NCBI GenBank assembly: GCA_044222185.1
Contig: JBGANV010000003.1
Location: 384,001 to 448,000 of the forward strand
Reading direction: 5' to 3'
DNA: 64,000 bases
DNA from: Planctomycetota bacterium
Lineage (GTDB): Bacteria > Planctomycetota > GCA-002687715 > CAIWVZ01
In this document: positions 28,687-38,905 of the stretch, in pieces
How positions within the stretch are numbered: the stretch's first letter is position 1
Layout: each line of letters begins with the position of its first letter
Made by a program: the position numbers and the translations under genes
The notes under the pieces: model-generated
Database searches by the model: none
Seen by the model: the letters and a program-made list of their open reading frames with translations, nothing else
Told to the model about the DNA's origin: nothing

Positions 28687-29898
28687 TCACGGTTGGAGCA
28701 CGAACGCCGAGGTCCCGCCGAGCGCGTAGGTGCCGCTCGTCGCATCGTAGGTGGCGACCTGGAAGTAGAACGGCACGTAGAACCAGGAGGGCGGGAGCGG
28801 CAACGGCGGGAAGCCGATGATCGACGATCCCGCCGCACTCATGTTCGCCGATCCCATGGCGGCGATCGCCGAGGTATCGATCAGCACCTCCCCGAGGAAC
28901 GGCGATGGGGCCGTCTGGAACGCGGCGGCTGGCGACACCGCGATCGCGAATGTCGTAGCCGGTGTCGAGACGAGGAGCGACACGGTCACGAAATGGACGG
29001 CTGACGTGATCCACGGCCCCGGGTTCACGATCTCCGGCAGCAACGCGGCGGAGATCACGGTGCCGGTGTATCCGGGTGCGGTGTACCCGCCGTGGCCGGT
29101 GCCACCCTGCAAGCTCGTGCCATGGACGGTTGCCACGCCATCCGTCACGAGCCCTGCGGACGGGGGAACGATGAAGAAGGGGCTGACCCCGAATCCGTGT
29201 CCACCCTGCACGATCCCGCTCCCGAACACTCGGACCGGGGAATTCACGAGGACGACGCCGGGAAACGACTGCGTGACGACCGCGGGATTTCCGGGGCCGA
29301 TGAACGTGTGGGCACCCGTGATGCTCGATGAGTCGATCGTCACACGGCTGTTCGTCGCCGCGACCCCTGCGGTCCCCGCGGGCACGATGGCGCCCGAGCT
29401 CCCACTGACCGTGCAGTGAGAGATCGTCGTGTGAGGCGAGTTCTCGATCACGATCGGCCCGACTGAACAGCGATGGATTCCCGCCTCCGCATCGACGATC
29501 CGCACGCCGCTCGTCGGCGTCGTGGCGCCGAACGGCATGGCTGCGTCGGTGATCGTCAGTCGGCCAGGCCCGAGGCACTCGAATCCCGCAGTCACGGTGA
29601 ATCCGTTGATGAACACCGGTCCTGACGACGGGGTGTTCGTCACGGTGATGTGGCCCGACACGACCGTCGCTCCGACACCCGCGCCGACGATCGTGAGTCC
29701 CTTGCCCGACAGCGTGAACCCCGCATAGCTGCCCGATTGCACCAGGAGGACGTCTCCATTCGTCGCGGCATCGATGCCCGCCTGGATGCCGACGAACTGG
29801 ATTCCCGGACCCGCGGTGGGTCCGACGACGTACACGGCCTGCGCCAGACTGACGTGCGTGAGGACGACGATCCAAGCGAACCAGCAAATGCGCGACAT
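28687..29898 (-). CDS. Exported beta-helix-like protein with shared C-terminal domain
   Basis: MSRICW...SLAQ signal; IQAGIDAATNGDVLLVQSGSY (pectin-lyase-like beta-helix cap); C-terminal LGEVLID...PFYFQVA. Confidence 0.75.
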   Translation of the reverse strand: MSRICWFAWIVVLTHVSLAQAVYVVGPTAGPGIQFVGIQAGIDAATNGDVLLVQSGSYAGFTLSGKGLTIVGAGVGATVVSGHITVTNTPSSGPVFINGFTVTAGFECLGPGRLTITDAAMPFGATTPTSGVRIVDAEAGIHRCSVGPIVIENSPHTTISHCTVSGSSGAIVPAGTAGVAATNSRVTIDSSSITGAHTFIGPGNPAVVTQSFPGVVLVNSPVRVFGSGIVQGGHGFGVSPFFIVPPSAGLVTDGVATVHGTSLQGGTGHGGYTAPGYTGTVISAALLPEIVNPGPWITSAVHFVTVSLLVSTPATTFAIAVSPAAAFQTAPSPFLGEVLIDTSAIAAMGSANMSAAGSSIIGFPPLPLPPSWFYVPFYFQVATYDATSGTYALGGTSAFVLQP

Positions 29899-29995
29899 GC
29901 CCTGACCCTCCCGGCCCGGTAACGCGCTTTCGCCGCGCCCGTTCGAGAATCGACGCGCTGTCGATCCGTCGAACACCGCTGCCGTGCTGCGCACC

Positions 29996-31012
29996 TCACT
30001 CCTCCCAGATGTGCACCTCGAACCGCCCCGTCGAATCCGCGGCACCGCGATACATGCCCTCGGAGTTGAACTCCATGGCGATGGAGCCGTCGGCGCCGAC
30101 GGCGATGAGCCCGCCGTCGTCCTTCTGCAGCTTGTCGTGAATGATCGCGTGGGCCGCCTCGCGCACGGTCGAGTGTCGATATTCGATCTGGGCCGAGAGG
30201 TCGCGCGCGACGCCGTGGCGCATGAAGACTTCGCCGGTGCCGGTGCAGGAGACGGCGCACGTGCGATCGTCGGCATAGGAACCCGCTCCGACGAGCGGCG
30301 TGTCGCCCACGCGACCGAACCGCTTGTTCGTGAGTCCGCCGGTGGACGTGGCGCACGCGAGGTGACCGCGGGCGTCGCGCGCCACGGCGCCGACGGTTCC
30401 GTAGCCGGAGCCGCCTCCGCCAGATCGCGCCTCCTCCGCCTTCACCTGCTCCCAGGCCTGGCGCCGCGCGTCCGTGTCGAACCACGTGTTCGGCACGCGC
30501 TCGAGGCCGCGCTCGTCGGCAAACTTCTCCGCGCCATCACCGGCCAGGAGGATGTGCTTCGTGTGCAGCATCACCTCCCGCGCGAGCGCGATCGGATGGC
30601 GCACGGTCTTCACTCCGGTGACGGCACCGCACGCGAGCGTTCGTCCATCCATGATGCAGGCGTCGAGCTCGTGCGTACCGGCGTTCGTGAACACGGCGCC
30701 TCGGCCCGCGTTGAAGTGCGGATCGTCTTCCAGGATCTGGACGACGGCCGCGACGGCATCGAGACTCTCGCCGCCGGATTCCAGGATCCGCGCCCCCTCG
30801 CGCAGCGCTCCATCGAGCGCCGCGCGATATTCCGCCGCCTTGGCGTCGCCCATGGACTTCGAGATCGTGCCCGCTCCGCCGTGGATCGCGATCGCCCAGC
30901 GCACGGGGGCCGTACGGTTCAGCTCGCGCTGCGACGTCGTCGACGTACACGCGACGAGCAGGAGCAGGCCAAGGCACGTCGATAATCGGTCTCGCATGAG
31001 TCGGATCTCCAT
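29996..31012 (-). CDS. iaaA: Isoaspartyl peptidase/L-asparaginase (Ntn hydrolase), with lipoprotein signal
   Basis: AIHGGAG, LEDDPHFNAGRG, autoproteolytic GTVGAV, TSTGG, GRVGDTP, TGTGE; N-terminal LLLLVAC lipobox. Confidence 0.92.
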   Translation of the reverse strand: MEIRLMRDRLSTCLGLLLLVACTSTTSQRELNRTAPVRWAIAIHGGAGTISKSMGDAKAAEYRAALDGALREGARILESGGESLDAVAAVVQILEDDPHFNAGRGAVFTNAGTHELDACIMDGRTLACGAVTGVKTVRHPIALAREVMLHTKHILLAGDGAEKFADERGLERVPNTWFDTDARRQAWEQVKAEEARSGGGGSGYGTVGAVARDARGHLACATSTGGLTNKRFGRVGDTPLVGAGSYADDRTCAVSCTGTGEVFMRHGVARDLSAQIEYRHSTVREAAHAIIHDKLQKDDGGLIAVGADGSIAMEFNSEGMYRGAADSTGRFEVHIWEE

Positions 31013-31259
31013 CGGACGTGCCCACTATCGGCGCCGCGGATGCAAACGGCAACCCGCCGAGCCCTGGCGGCGCGCGCCCGGCTGCCTACCGGGCGGCCGC
31101 AGCCGTCAACATTCCGAATTGGCAGCGGTGACCGCGCCCGCTTGACAACCTGGGTTCTGCGCGCATCCTCTCCGCACTCGATGGCGGGCCCTCCCGCCCG
31201 GTTCGGAGCCGGGGGATCCCTTTCCCCCGATCACCCCCCTTTCTTGGACAGGAACTCTC

Positions 31260-33518
31260 ATGGCTGCGACGCAAACGAAGGGTTCACACCGCTGGCGGTT
31301 CTTCCGCGCAGGCGGCGTGGACCAGGTGCGAATCGAAACCGGTGCCGACATCGCGCATCTCGCGAACCTCGATCAGAAGCTCTGGGTCGCGTTGAGCTGT
31401 CCGGTGAAGGGCTTGGAGTTCGACCAGCGCACGCTCGAACTGCTCGACGTCGACAAGGACGGCCGCGTTCGTGTGCCCGAGATCCTCAACGCCATCGAGT
31501 GGCTCAAGTCCGTCCTGAAGAACCTCGACGGCCTGGTGAAAGGCGAAGACGGCGTGCCGCTCTCGGCGATCAACGACAAGTCGCCGGAGGGTCAGAAGCT
31601 CCTGGCTTCGGCCCAGCTCGTTCTCGAGAACCTGGGCAAGGCCGGGGCGACCGTGATCACCGTCGGCAACACGCTCGAGACCGAGCAGATCTTCAAGACG
31701 GCCAAGCTCAACGGCGACGGCATCGTTCCAGCGCCGTCCGTCGACGACGCCGCCGCGAAGAAGACGCTGGAGGACATCCTCGCCACGCTCGGAGGCGAAA
31801 CGGATCGCAGCGGCCTTCCGGGCGTGTCGGAGGCGAAGCTCGAGGCGTTCTTCAAGGCGTGCGCGGACTACGTCGAGTGGCTGAAGAAGTCCGAGGCCGA
31901 CAAGGCCGCGATTCTTCCGCTCGGTGACGCGACGGCGGCCGCCTGCGACGCCATGGATGCGGTCGCCGCGAAGATCGACGACTTCTTCGCCCGATGCCGA
32001 CTCGCAGCCTACGACGCGCGCGCGCAGGCGAGTCTGAACGGCGAAGAGGCGCGATTCCTCGAGATCGCCGCGAAGGATCTCTCGATCACGCGGGCCGAGG
32101 TGCAGGGCCTCCCGCTCTCGAAGGTCGAGGCCGGGCGCGCGCTCGACCTCACCACGGGAATCAACCCCGCGTGGCACGAGTCCATCGGCGCGTTCCGCGC
32201 CAGCGCCGTCGCGAGCATCCTGGGCAAGGACAAGACCTCGATCACGGAGGCCGATTGGGCCGCGATCAAGGCGAAGCTCGCCCCCAACCGCGCATGGCGC
32301 GCAGCCAAGGTGGGAGCCGAAGTGGAGAAGCTCGGCGCCGCCCGCGTGAAGGAGATCCTCGCCGGCAAGACGAAGGAAATCCTCACGAAGGCCATCGCCG
32401 CCGACAAGGCCGTGCAGCCGCAGGTGGAGGCGATCAGCGCCCTGGAGAAACTCGCCCGCCTGTGGCGTGACCTCCACGAACTCCTGAACAACTTCGTCTC
32501 GTTCGCGAACTTCTACTCGCGCCGCCAGCTCGCCGTGTTCCAGTCGGGAACGCTGTATCTCGACAGCCGGAGCTGCGATCTCTGCGTGCGCGTCGAGGAC
32601 GCCGGCAAGCACGGCTCCATGTCGCCCATGGCGCGCACGTACCTCGCGTACTGCGACTGCACGAACCCCAAGGGCGAGAAGATGACGGTCGCGGCCGCGT
32701 TCACGGCCGGCGACTCCGACTACATCACGGTGGGCCGCAACGGCATCTTCTACGACCGCAAGGGTCGCGACTGGGACGCCACCGTCACGAAGATCGTCGA
32801 CCAGCCCATCTCCATCGGTCAGGCATTCTTCGCGCCGTACAAGCGCTTCCTGCGCTGGATCGAGGAGCAGGTCGCGAAGCGCGCCGCTGCTGCCGATGCA
32901 GCCTCGAACGAGATGTTGACGAAGACCGCGTCCGAAACCGCGGAGGCGGTGAAGGCGAACGAGGAGCAGAAGCTCCCGAAGAGCAAGTTCGACGTGGGCG
33001 TCGTCGCCGCATTGGGCGTGGCCGTCGGTGGCATTGCCGCTGCCGTCAGCTCGGCGATGAACGCGCTGTTCGGCCTCGGCGGGTACATGCCGCTCGGCAT
33101 CCTGGGCATCATCCTCCTCATCTCCGGTCCATCGATGGTCATCGCGTGGCTCAAGCTGCGTCAACGCAACCTGGGCCCGCTGCTCGACGCGAACGGCTGG
33201 GCGTGCAACGGCCGCGTGAAGGTCAACATCCCGCTCGGCGCGTCGCTCACCGACACGGCCACGCTGCCCCCGGGTTCGGAGCGGTCGCTCACCGATCCGT
33301 TCGCCGCGAAGAAGGCCAAGTGGCCGAAGGTCGTCCTGTGGCTCTTCATCCTCGCCGTCGTGTTGTTCGGCGTCTATGAAGCCAAGCCGTTCGACAAGGA
33401 GACCTGGTACCAGGACGCGCTTCACTTCGTCGGGCTCGACACCAAGACCGAGCGTGCAGCGAAGGAAGCCGCCAAGGCTCCAGTGGTTCCGGCGACCCCG
33501 CCGGTCGAGAAGAAGTAG
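31260..33518 (+). CDS. Conserved hypothetical membrane protein with EF-hand-like motif
   Basis: 752 aa with strongly biased codons; DVDKDGRVRVPE loop; about three C-terminal TMs. Confidence 0.8.
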   Translation: MAATQTKGSHRWRFFRAGGVDQVRIETGADIAHLANLDQKLWVALSCPVKGLEFDQRTLELLDVDKDGRVRVPEILNAIEWLKSVLKNLDGLVKGEDGVPLSAINDKSPEGQKLLASAQLVLENLGKAGATVITVGNTLETEQIFKTAKLNGDGIVPAPSVDDAAAKKTLEDILATLGGETDRSGLPGVSEAKLEAFFKACADYVEWLKKSEADKAAILPLGDATAAACDAMDAVAAKIDDFFARCRLAAYDARAQASLNGEEARFLEIAAKDLSITRAEVQGLPLSKVEAGRALDLTTGINPAWHESIGAFRASAVASILGKDKTSITEADWAAIKAKLAPNRAWRAAKVGAEVEKLGAARVKEILAGKTKEILTKAIAADKAVQPQVEAISALEKLARLWRDLHELLNNFVSFANFYSRRQLAVFQSGTLYLDSRSCDLCVRVEDAGKHGSMSPMARTYLAYCDCTNPKGEKMTVAAAFTAGDSDYITVGRNGIFYDRKGRDWDATVTKIVDQPISIGQAFFAPYKRFLRWIEEQVAKRAAAADAASNEMLTKTASETAEAVKANEEQKLPKSKFDVGVVAALGVAVGGIAAAVSSAMNALFGLGGYMPLGILGIILLISGPSMVIAWLKLRQRNLGPLLDANGWACNGRVKVNIPLGASLTDTATLPPGSERSLTDPFAAKKAKWPKVVLWLFILAVVLFGVYEAKPFDKETWYQDALHFVGLDTKTERAAKEAAKAPVVPATPPVEKK

Positions 33519-33529
33519 TCCGCGGGCCC

Positions 33530-33562
33530 GTCAGGCTCGGGCGGATGAGGCCCGAGCCTGAC
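33530..33562 (+). terminator. Perfect 13-bp hairpin downstream of the 31260 gene
   Basis: GTCAGGCTCGGGC-ggatgag-GCCCGAGCCTGAC, 11 bp after the stop; no U-tract. Confidence 0.55.
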
Positions 33563-33646
33563 TCCGCCGCCGCCGCGGAGGCCGGGCTGTTACCGCGGCC
33601 CTCTCCAGGACTCTCATCTCTCCGGAACGAGCTCGCCCGGAGATCG

Positions 33647-35692
33647 ATGATGAGGAGAGAAGCGTTGAGGACGTCGGACTTGCTTCGTGGGCTTGCCCTC
33701 TGCGTCGCGCTCGCTGGGTGCGCGCTCCCGGCCATCGCGCAGCTCGAAGCCGCGATTGCGTCCATCGAGCCGTGCGGAAAGGTGGCGACCGGCGCCATCG
33801 TCACCATCAAGGTTCAAAACCGCGGCAGCACCGCCGTCGAACCGCTGGTGTTCGAGTGCACGCCGAAGGCCGGCGAGCCCGTCGTGCTCAGGCGTGTCCC
33901 GGGTCCCTACGTGTATCGCGCCGGCCGGCCCACGCTCGCCGGCGGATCCCAGACCTACCCGATCTTCGCCAAGGTCGCCGTGGGGCTGCTCGCAGGGGCG
34001 CGCGTGCGCGTCATTCGTGCCGCGCCGTGCGCCGTGCCGCCGCCGACGGACGCTCGGGCCGTTCTCGGCCCGATCGGGTCCGACAAGCGCAACCACGAAC
34101 GCGGCGGGACCGTCGAATACGCCGTGTTGCCGATCCGGAACGATCGGGACATGCCGCTCGACGTCGTGATCCGCGCGGTGTTCGACAAGCCGACCGAGTC
34201 CACGGTCCTCATCCACCGCCGCCTCGAGCCGCGGCAGCAGCTGCAGGCGACGTTCAGCGACGTGCCATGGGACCCGGTGCCGGATCTCGCACCCGCGACG
34301 GACGGCGTCGTGATGGACTTCGTCGTGCCGAAGGGTGCGCGGATCACGTCGGCGAAGCTCGTCGACTGGTGCGCCGTGGAGTCGGGTGATCCGGCCATTC
34401 CGGCGTCGTTCCTCCGCGAGGCCTACGCTCCGTGGTTCCGATGGGAGAAGCCGCTCGCGGTGTCGGGGCGTTACGTGGCGACGATCCGCACGGAAGGCGC
34501 GGTGCGAGACATCCGTGGCAGGGTCGGGCTCTCCGCGGAGGGGGCCGTGGCGAACCAACCCGACTCCCCTCCCTCGCCAGATGACCTCGGGTTCGTCGGC
34601 AAGACGCTCCAGCGCGCGTTCGCCGATCTGCGGCGCCCTTCCGTGGAGGAGGCGATCAAACTGTGCGCTCCGGCCATGGCCGATCTGGGTCCCCCCGTGG
34701 TCCTCGACTGTCCGGGAAAAACCTGGGACCCGTACTACGGCGGGACGCGGCTTGCCGTCAGCCAGGATCGGATCCTCGGAGATGCCTGGTACGGCGGTGA
34801 CCCGAGGGATCTGCACGCCGACTGGATCACCGAACCGTTCGAAGGCGGGTACGTCGTCACCGAGCGCCGCATCTTCAGCGTCAGCGGTATCGGTCGGCCG
34901 ACGGAAGTCCGCCGATGGCGATACGGCCGGAACAACGGGATCGTCCTCCCCGTGCGCGTCAGCCTCTCGATGGACCTCTCGCCCGCCGCCAAGCCATGGT
35001 CCGCGGAGATCGCCTTCGAGGACCTCCAACCCGACGTCACCGCGGGGACGCCCGTTCCCTCGCCGGCGACCGACGCGGTGCGCGCGGCGTGGAACTCGGG
35101 CTACCGCTACCCGAGCGGGCAGGTCGGGTTCAAATGCCGCTTCGAGATTCGCGCGGGCAAGGATGGCATCTGGCGAGGCGTGAAGGCGGTCAAGGGGACG
35201 GCGGCCATCGAGGCCTTCACCGGCGGCAGCTGGGGCAAGGTCGTCGCGGAGGTCGAGGGCGTCACCGACGAGTCCTTGCGCAATTCGCTCGCGAGCGCGG
35301 CGATCGACCGCTTCGGCATGTGGACCGGCCGCGACTTCGGCGCGCGAGGAGACTTCGAGCGCACGTTCGCCGGCGCGTCGTTCGCCGAGCGTGCGGGATC
35401 GCCGGGCGTCTTCGACGTGACGAACGGGCCGTGTTCGGCGGTCACGGTGAAGGACGGGCGCGTCGCGTCGCTGGGATATCGGGCCGGCTGGAGCCGCGTA
35501 TTCACCTGGACGAAGGTCGGCGACGACATGGTGGTGACGAAGGCGGTCACCGGGCCGGAAGAGGTGTCGGCGACCTTCACGCGCGTGGGCGCGTGGCTCG
35601 TTCCGACGCAGATGAACTACAAGGGCGTGTTCGGTGACGAGAAGACGTGGGGCACGGAGGAAGTGAAGCTCACGTCCGTGATGCCCCGCTGA
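33647..35692 (+). CDS. Exported hypothetical protein with two tandem DUF3386-like (LolA-fold-like) domains
   Basis: Signal LALCVALAGCALPAIAQ; repeated FLREAYAPWFRW / AVRAAWNSGYRY domain starts. The track start at 33545 lies inside a hairpin, so a later start was chosen. Confidence 0.6.
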   Translation: MMRREALRTSDLLRGLALCVALAGCALPAIAQLEAAIASIEPCGKVATGAIVTIKVQNRGSTAVEPLVFECTPKAGEPVVLRRVPGPYVYRAGRPTLAGGSQTYPIFAKVAVGLLAGARVRVIRAAPCAVPPPTDARAVLGPIGSDKRNHERGGTVEYAVLPIRNDRDMPLDVVIRAVFDKPTESTVLIHRRLEPRQQLQATFSDVPWDPVPDLAPATDGVVMDFVVPKGARITSAKLVDWCAVESGDPAIPASFLREAYAPWFRWEKPLAVSGRYVATIRTEGAVRDIRGRVGLSAEGAVANQPDSPPSPDDLGFVGKTLQRAFADLRRPSVEEAIKLCAPAMADLGPPVVLDCPGKTWDPYYGGTRLAVSQDRILGDAWYGGDPRDLHADWITEPFEGGYVVTERRIFSVSGIGRPTEVRRWRYGRNNGIVLPVRVSLSMDLSPAAKPWSAEIAFEDLQPDVTAGTPVPSPATDAVRAAWNSGYRYPSGQVGFKCRFEIRAGKDGIWRGVKAVKGTAAIEAFTGGSWGKVVAEVEGVTDESLRNSLASAAIDRFGMWTGRDFGARGDFERTFAGASFAERAGSPGVFDVTNGPCSAVTVKDGRVASLGYRAGWSRVFTWTKVGDDMVVTKAVTGPEEVSATFTRVGAWLVPTQMNYKGVFGDEKTWGTEEVKLTSVMPR

Positions 35693-35696
35693 CCGC

Positions 35697-38600
35697 TCAC
35701 TTCCCTCGTGAGTCCTCCAGCACGAGGTCGACGATCGGCGGCGTCGGCGGCGATGTCGACGTCGTCTCGTCCTCCAGGATCTCGAACGCCGTCTCTCCCT
35801 TCGCGCCGGCGTATGCGGACGTGACGCGATAGCGCCCCGGCTTCAGGGTGAGGCTGACCATCGGGATGTCGTCTCCTCCCGCGAGCCCGCGGATCGCGCG
35901 CTCACAGACCTGCGCGCCCGTGGCGTCGATCACGCGCACGTTCAGCGGATCGTGATACGTGGGCAGCACGGGCGACTTCACGCGCACGTCCCGACGAACG
36001 CCCTCGACGATGGGGATTTCGAGCTGCGTCACGCGACCGCTCTCGATCGTCACGACGCGATCCACGTCGATGCCGGCCGGGTTCGAGCCATGCATGCGGA
36101 CCGCGTACCGGCCCGGCTGCAGCGTGGCGCGCGCGACCCCGTCCGACGTCGTGGCAAATTCCGTGTGGAACGAGCCGAGGCCGAGGATCTCGACCATGTA
36201 GGAGGGCTTCGCGGTCGGCGGCGTGGCGAACGTCACGACGAGGCTTCCGGGCGGAGCGAGCATCACGTCGCCCAAGTCCCACGTGTCGCCGGTCGCGACC
36301 TCGCGCTCGCCCAAGAGGACGGTGCCGAAACCCGACGCCTTCACGCGTACGTAGAGGCGGCCCGCGCGATACGGCCCCAGTCGGAAGCGCCCGGACACGT
36401 CGGAGAGTTCCTCCGACTCACCATCCTCGCGCACGTTCCCCGCGACCAACGTCGCACTGGGAACGACGCTGCCATCCTCGCGGATCAGGCGTCCCGTGAT
36501 CAGGCACGACGCGAAGTCAGACGAACGGATCACGATCACGTGCTCCTGGTCGTCGGGCTCGAGTTCCACGGTCCGATCCGCGATCTGGTTCCCCTTCCGG
36601 ACGTTCACCGTCATCCGATAGATCTTGTGGTCGCACTTGTTCGGGAAGACGGCGCGGCCGTCGGCGTCGGTCTTCCCGTAGGCCGACATGCGCTCTTGCG
36701 CCACGCCGGGTGCCCACAGCTTGAGTACACCCGAAAGGCTCGCGCCGGCGAGCGGCCGCTGCGTCTCGTCGACCACGCGGATCTTCAGCGCGACGCCCTG
36801 GCTCAGCTGCGCGTCCCAATGAAGGTTCGTCCCGTCGGTGACGTCGCGGAACGACTGCGCCGCGTCGCCCTCTCCATCGTGATGGACGGTCACGTCGATC
36901 GAGCCCGCGTTCAGGCCGTCGAGACGATACGCGCCGTCGTCGCCGCTGCGCGTGCTCGCACCCCAGATGCTGTCCGGCATCCCGACCGTGACGCTGGCCC
37001 GCGCCAGCGGAACGCCGGCCGCGGTCAGCACGCGTCCTTCGAGCGACACTCCGTCCGGCAGGACGAGTTCGACCTGCGACGTACGTCCGGCGTCGACCTG
37101 GATCGTCGTCTCCACGGCGCCAGTCTTCGGCCCGCGGGCCTGCACGCGCCTCAGACCCGGTTCGGCCGTCCCCATGCGGAAGTGTCCGAGGGCGTCCGTC
37201 GACGTGGCGAACGGCGGGGTGCCCTGCTCCGGTCCGCCCTTGCGACGCGCGGCGATCCCCGTCGGCCCTTCGGAGGAGACGATCACGACGGCGCCAACGA
37301 CCGGCACGCCCCGACTGTCGACGACCCGTCCCTCGACGCCGCCGGCCTTGCCGCTCAATCGCAACGTGACTTCGCGCCGGTCGCCGACGGCGCCCATGAC
37401 TTCGACGGCCGACGACGGCGTCATGCCGGCAGCGCGCGCGGCCACGAGGATGCGTTCACACACGTTTTCCACGGTGAAGCGGCCAGCCGAATCCGACTTC
37501 AGCGAGCATGGCTCGGTGAACCGTTCGAGCATCCGCCCAAGCAGCACGTCGGCATCGGCGATTGCGTGGTCGGCGTCGTCCACCACGCGGCCTACGAGCG
37601 TGAATCCATCGCCGACGTCGATCGTCACGGAGGTGGTCGTCCCGGCCACGACCTTCGCCTCCGAACCCCATCCCGAGTCGGTGACGGCCCAGATGCGTCC
37701 CTCGTGGATGCCTTCGAGCCGGACGCGCCCCGAGTCATCCGTCCGCCGCCGCACGGGCGAAAGCATGGGATGCCCGTGGTCCATGCCGTACACGGTCAGC
37801 ATGGTGTCCCGCATCCCTCGAGCGCGGTGGCGCACGAGGATGTCGACGACGCCGTCGACCGCGCGCTCCTGGAACGGCACGGCCGACATCCGCGTCGAGG
37901 GTCGCGTCGCGGCGGGCGACGGCCGCGACGTGGCGTGAGACCCCGTCAGCAAGCCCGGAGCTGGCGCAGTTTCGGATGCGCCCATCCCGGCGGGCAGATG
38001 CGAGTCCGACTGGGCGCTCCGGAACAACGCCCATCCGCCGACGATCACGAACAGAACGCTCGCCGCGGCCAACACCTTCGTGCGCACCGTCATCGAAGCA
38101 GCCTCCCAAAGCGCGGCGCCGGCTCCGTGCCAGGCGCGCGCGACGAGCACATGCCCGAGTGCGGAGACCTTCGATGCCGCCGTGGGGCACACGAGCGGGA
38201 TCAACGCGCCGAACGCCATCGGCTCCCCACGTGAGTCCCCGCCCAACGCCGAGCGGAGCTTCTCGTGAGCGGTCTTCAGACGCGTTCGCACGGTTTCCAG
38301 GGGAACACCGAGGGCCGCGGCGATCGCGCGGGGGCTCTCGCCGTCGAAATAGCGGCGCAGGACGACGGTGCGGTGGATCTCCGGCAGCGCCAACACGGCC
38401 TCGACGAGCCGGCGGCGCTCGTTCTCCCGGGCGACGATCTCGGCGGCGCTGTCGACCGCCTCCGGTCGCGCCACGACGGCTTCGCGACGCGCGCGGCGTC
38501 GCGCGCCCCGCTGCATGCGTGACGCGAGCCGTCGCAGGATCACCGTGAGCCAGCCGCGGATCGGAGCCCCCTGCGGAGGCTCCTTCGCGAGTGCGGCGAC

Positions 38601-38720
38601 GAACGCATCCTGCGCCACGTCGTCCGCCGTCGCCGCGTCCATGACGACCCGGCGCGCGAGTCGCCTCACGAAGGCGTCCTCGGCGATCAGGTCCGTCATG
38701 CGTCGTTCGATCGGTGCCAT
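35697..38720 (-). CDS. ECF sigma factor fused to a TM helix and exported carboxypeptidase-regulatory-like (prealbumin-like) repeats
   Basis: ADDVAQDAF...IRGWL (sigma2), RRYFDGESPRAIAAALGVPLETVRTRL (sigma4), TM KVLAAASVLFVIVGGWALF, then repeated GRVVD..G.P...TD..GRF domains. Confidence 0.9.
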   Translation of the reverse strand: MAPIERRMTDLIAEDAFVRRLARRVVMDAATADDVAQDAFVAALAKEPPQGAPIRGWLTVILRRLASRMQRGARRRARREAVVARPEAVDSAAEIVARENERRRLVEAVLALPEIHRTVVLRRYFDGESPRAIAAALGVPLETVRTRLKTAHEKLRSALGGDSRGEPMAFGALIPLVCPTAASKVSALGHVLVARAWHGAGAALWEAASMTVRTKVLAAASVLFVIVGGWALFRSAQSDSHLPAGMGASETAPAPGLLTGSHATSRPSPAATRPSTRMSAVPFQERAVDGVVDILVRHRARGMRDTMLTVYGMDHGHPMLSPVRRRTDDSGRVRLEGIHEGRIWAVTDSGWGSEAKVVAGTTTSVTIDVGDGFTLVGRVVDDADHAIADADVLLGRMLERFTEPCSLKSDSAGRFTVENVCERILVAARAAGMTPSSAVEVMGAVGDRREVTLRLSGKAGGVEGRVVDSRGVPVVGAVVIVSSEGPTGIAARRKGGPEQGTPPFATSTDALGHFRMGTAEPGLRRVQARGPKTGAVETTIQVDAGRTSQVELVLPDGVSLEGRVLTAAGVPLARASVTVGMPDSIWGASTRSGDDGAYRLDGLNAGSIDVTVHHDGEGDAAQSFRDVTDGTNLHWDAQLSQGVALKIRVVDETQRPLAGASLSGVLKLWAPGVAQERMSAYGKTDADGRAVFPNKCDHKIYRMTVNVRKGNQIADRTVELEPDDQEHVIVIRSSDFASCLITGRLIREDGSVVPSATLVAGNVREDGESEELSDVSGRFRLGPYRAGRLYVRVKASGFGTVLLGEREVATGDTWDLGDVMLAPPGSLVVTFATPPTAKPSYMVEILGLGSFHTEFATTSDGVARATLQPGRYAVRMHGSNPAGIDVDRVVTIESGRVTQLEIPIVEGVRRDVRVKSPVLPTYHDPLNVRVIDATGAQVCERAIRGLAGGDDIPMVSLTLKPGRYRVTSAYAGAKGETAFEILEDETTSTSPPTPPIVDLVLEDSRGK

Positions 38721-38905
38721 GTCTCCATGAAGCCTATGCCCGCGGATGCTCGATCGGGTCGGGACAGGTGAGAATCCCGTGAGCGGTTCGCCTCCCGCCA
38801 CGACGGGACGGTCGTCGCGTCGGTCACCCCCAGCGAGCGCCGTGGTATCATCCGCGCCGCGATTTCCGGCACGATTCACGCCGCGCCCAGGAGAATCCCG
38901 TGACC

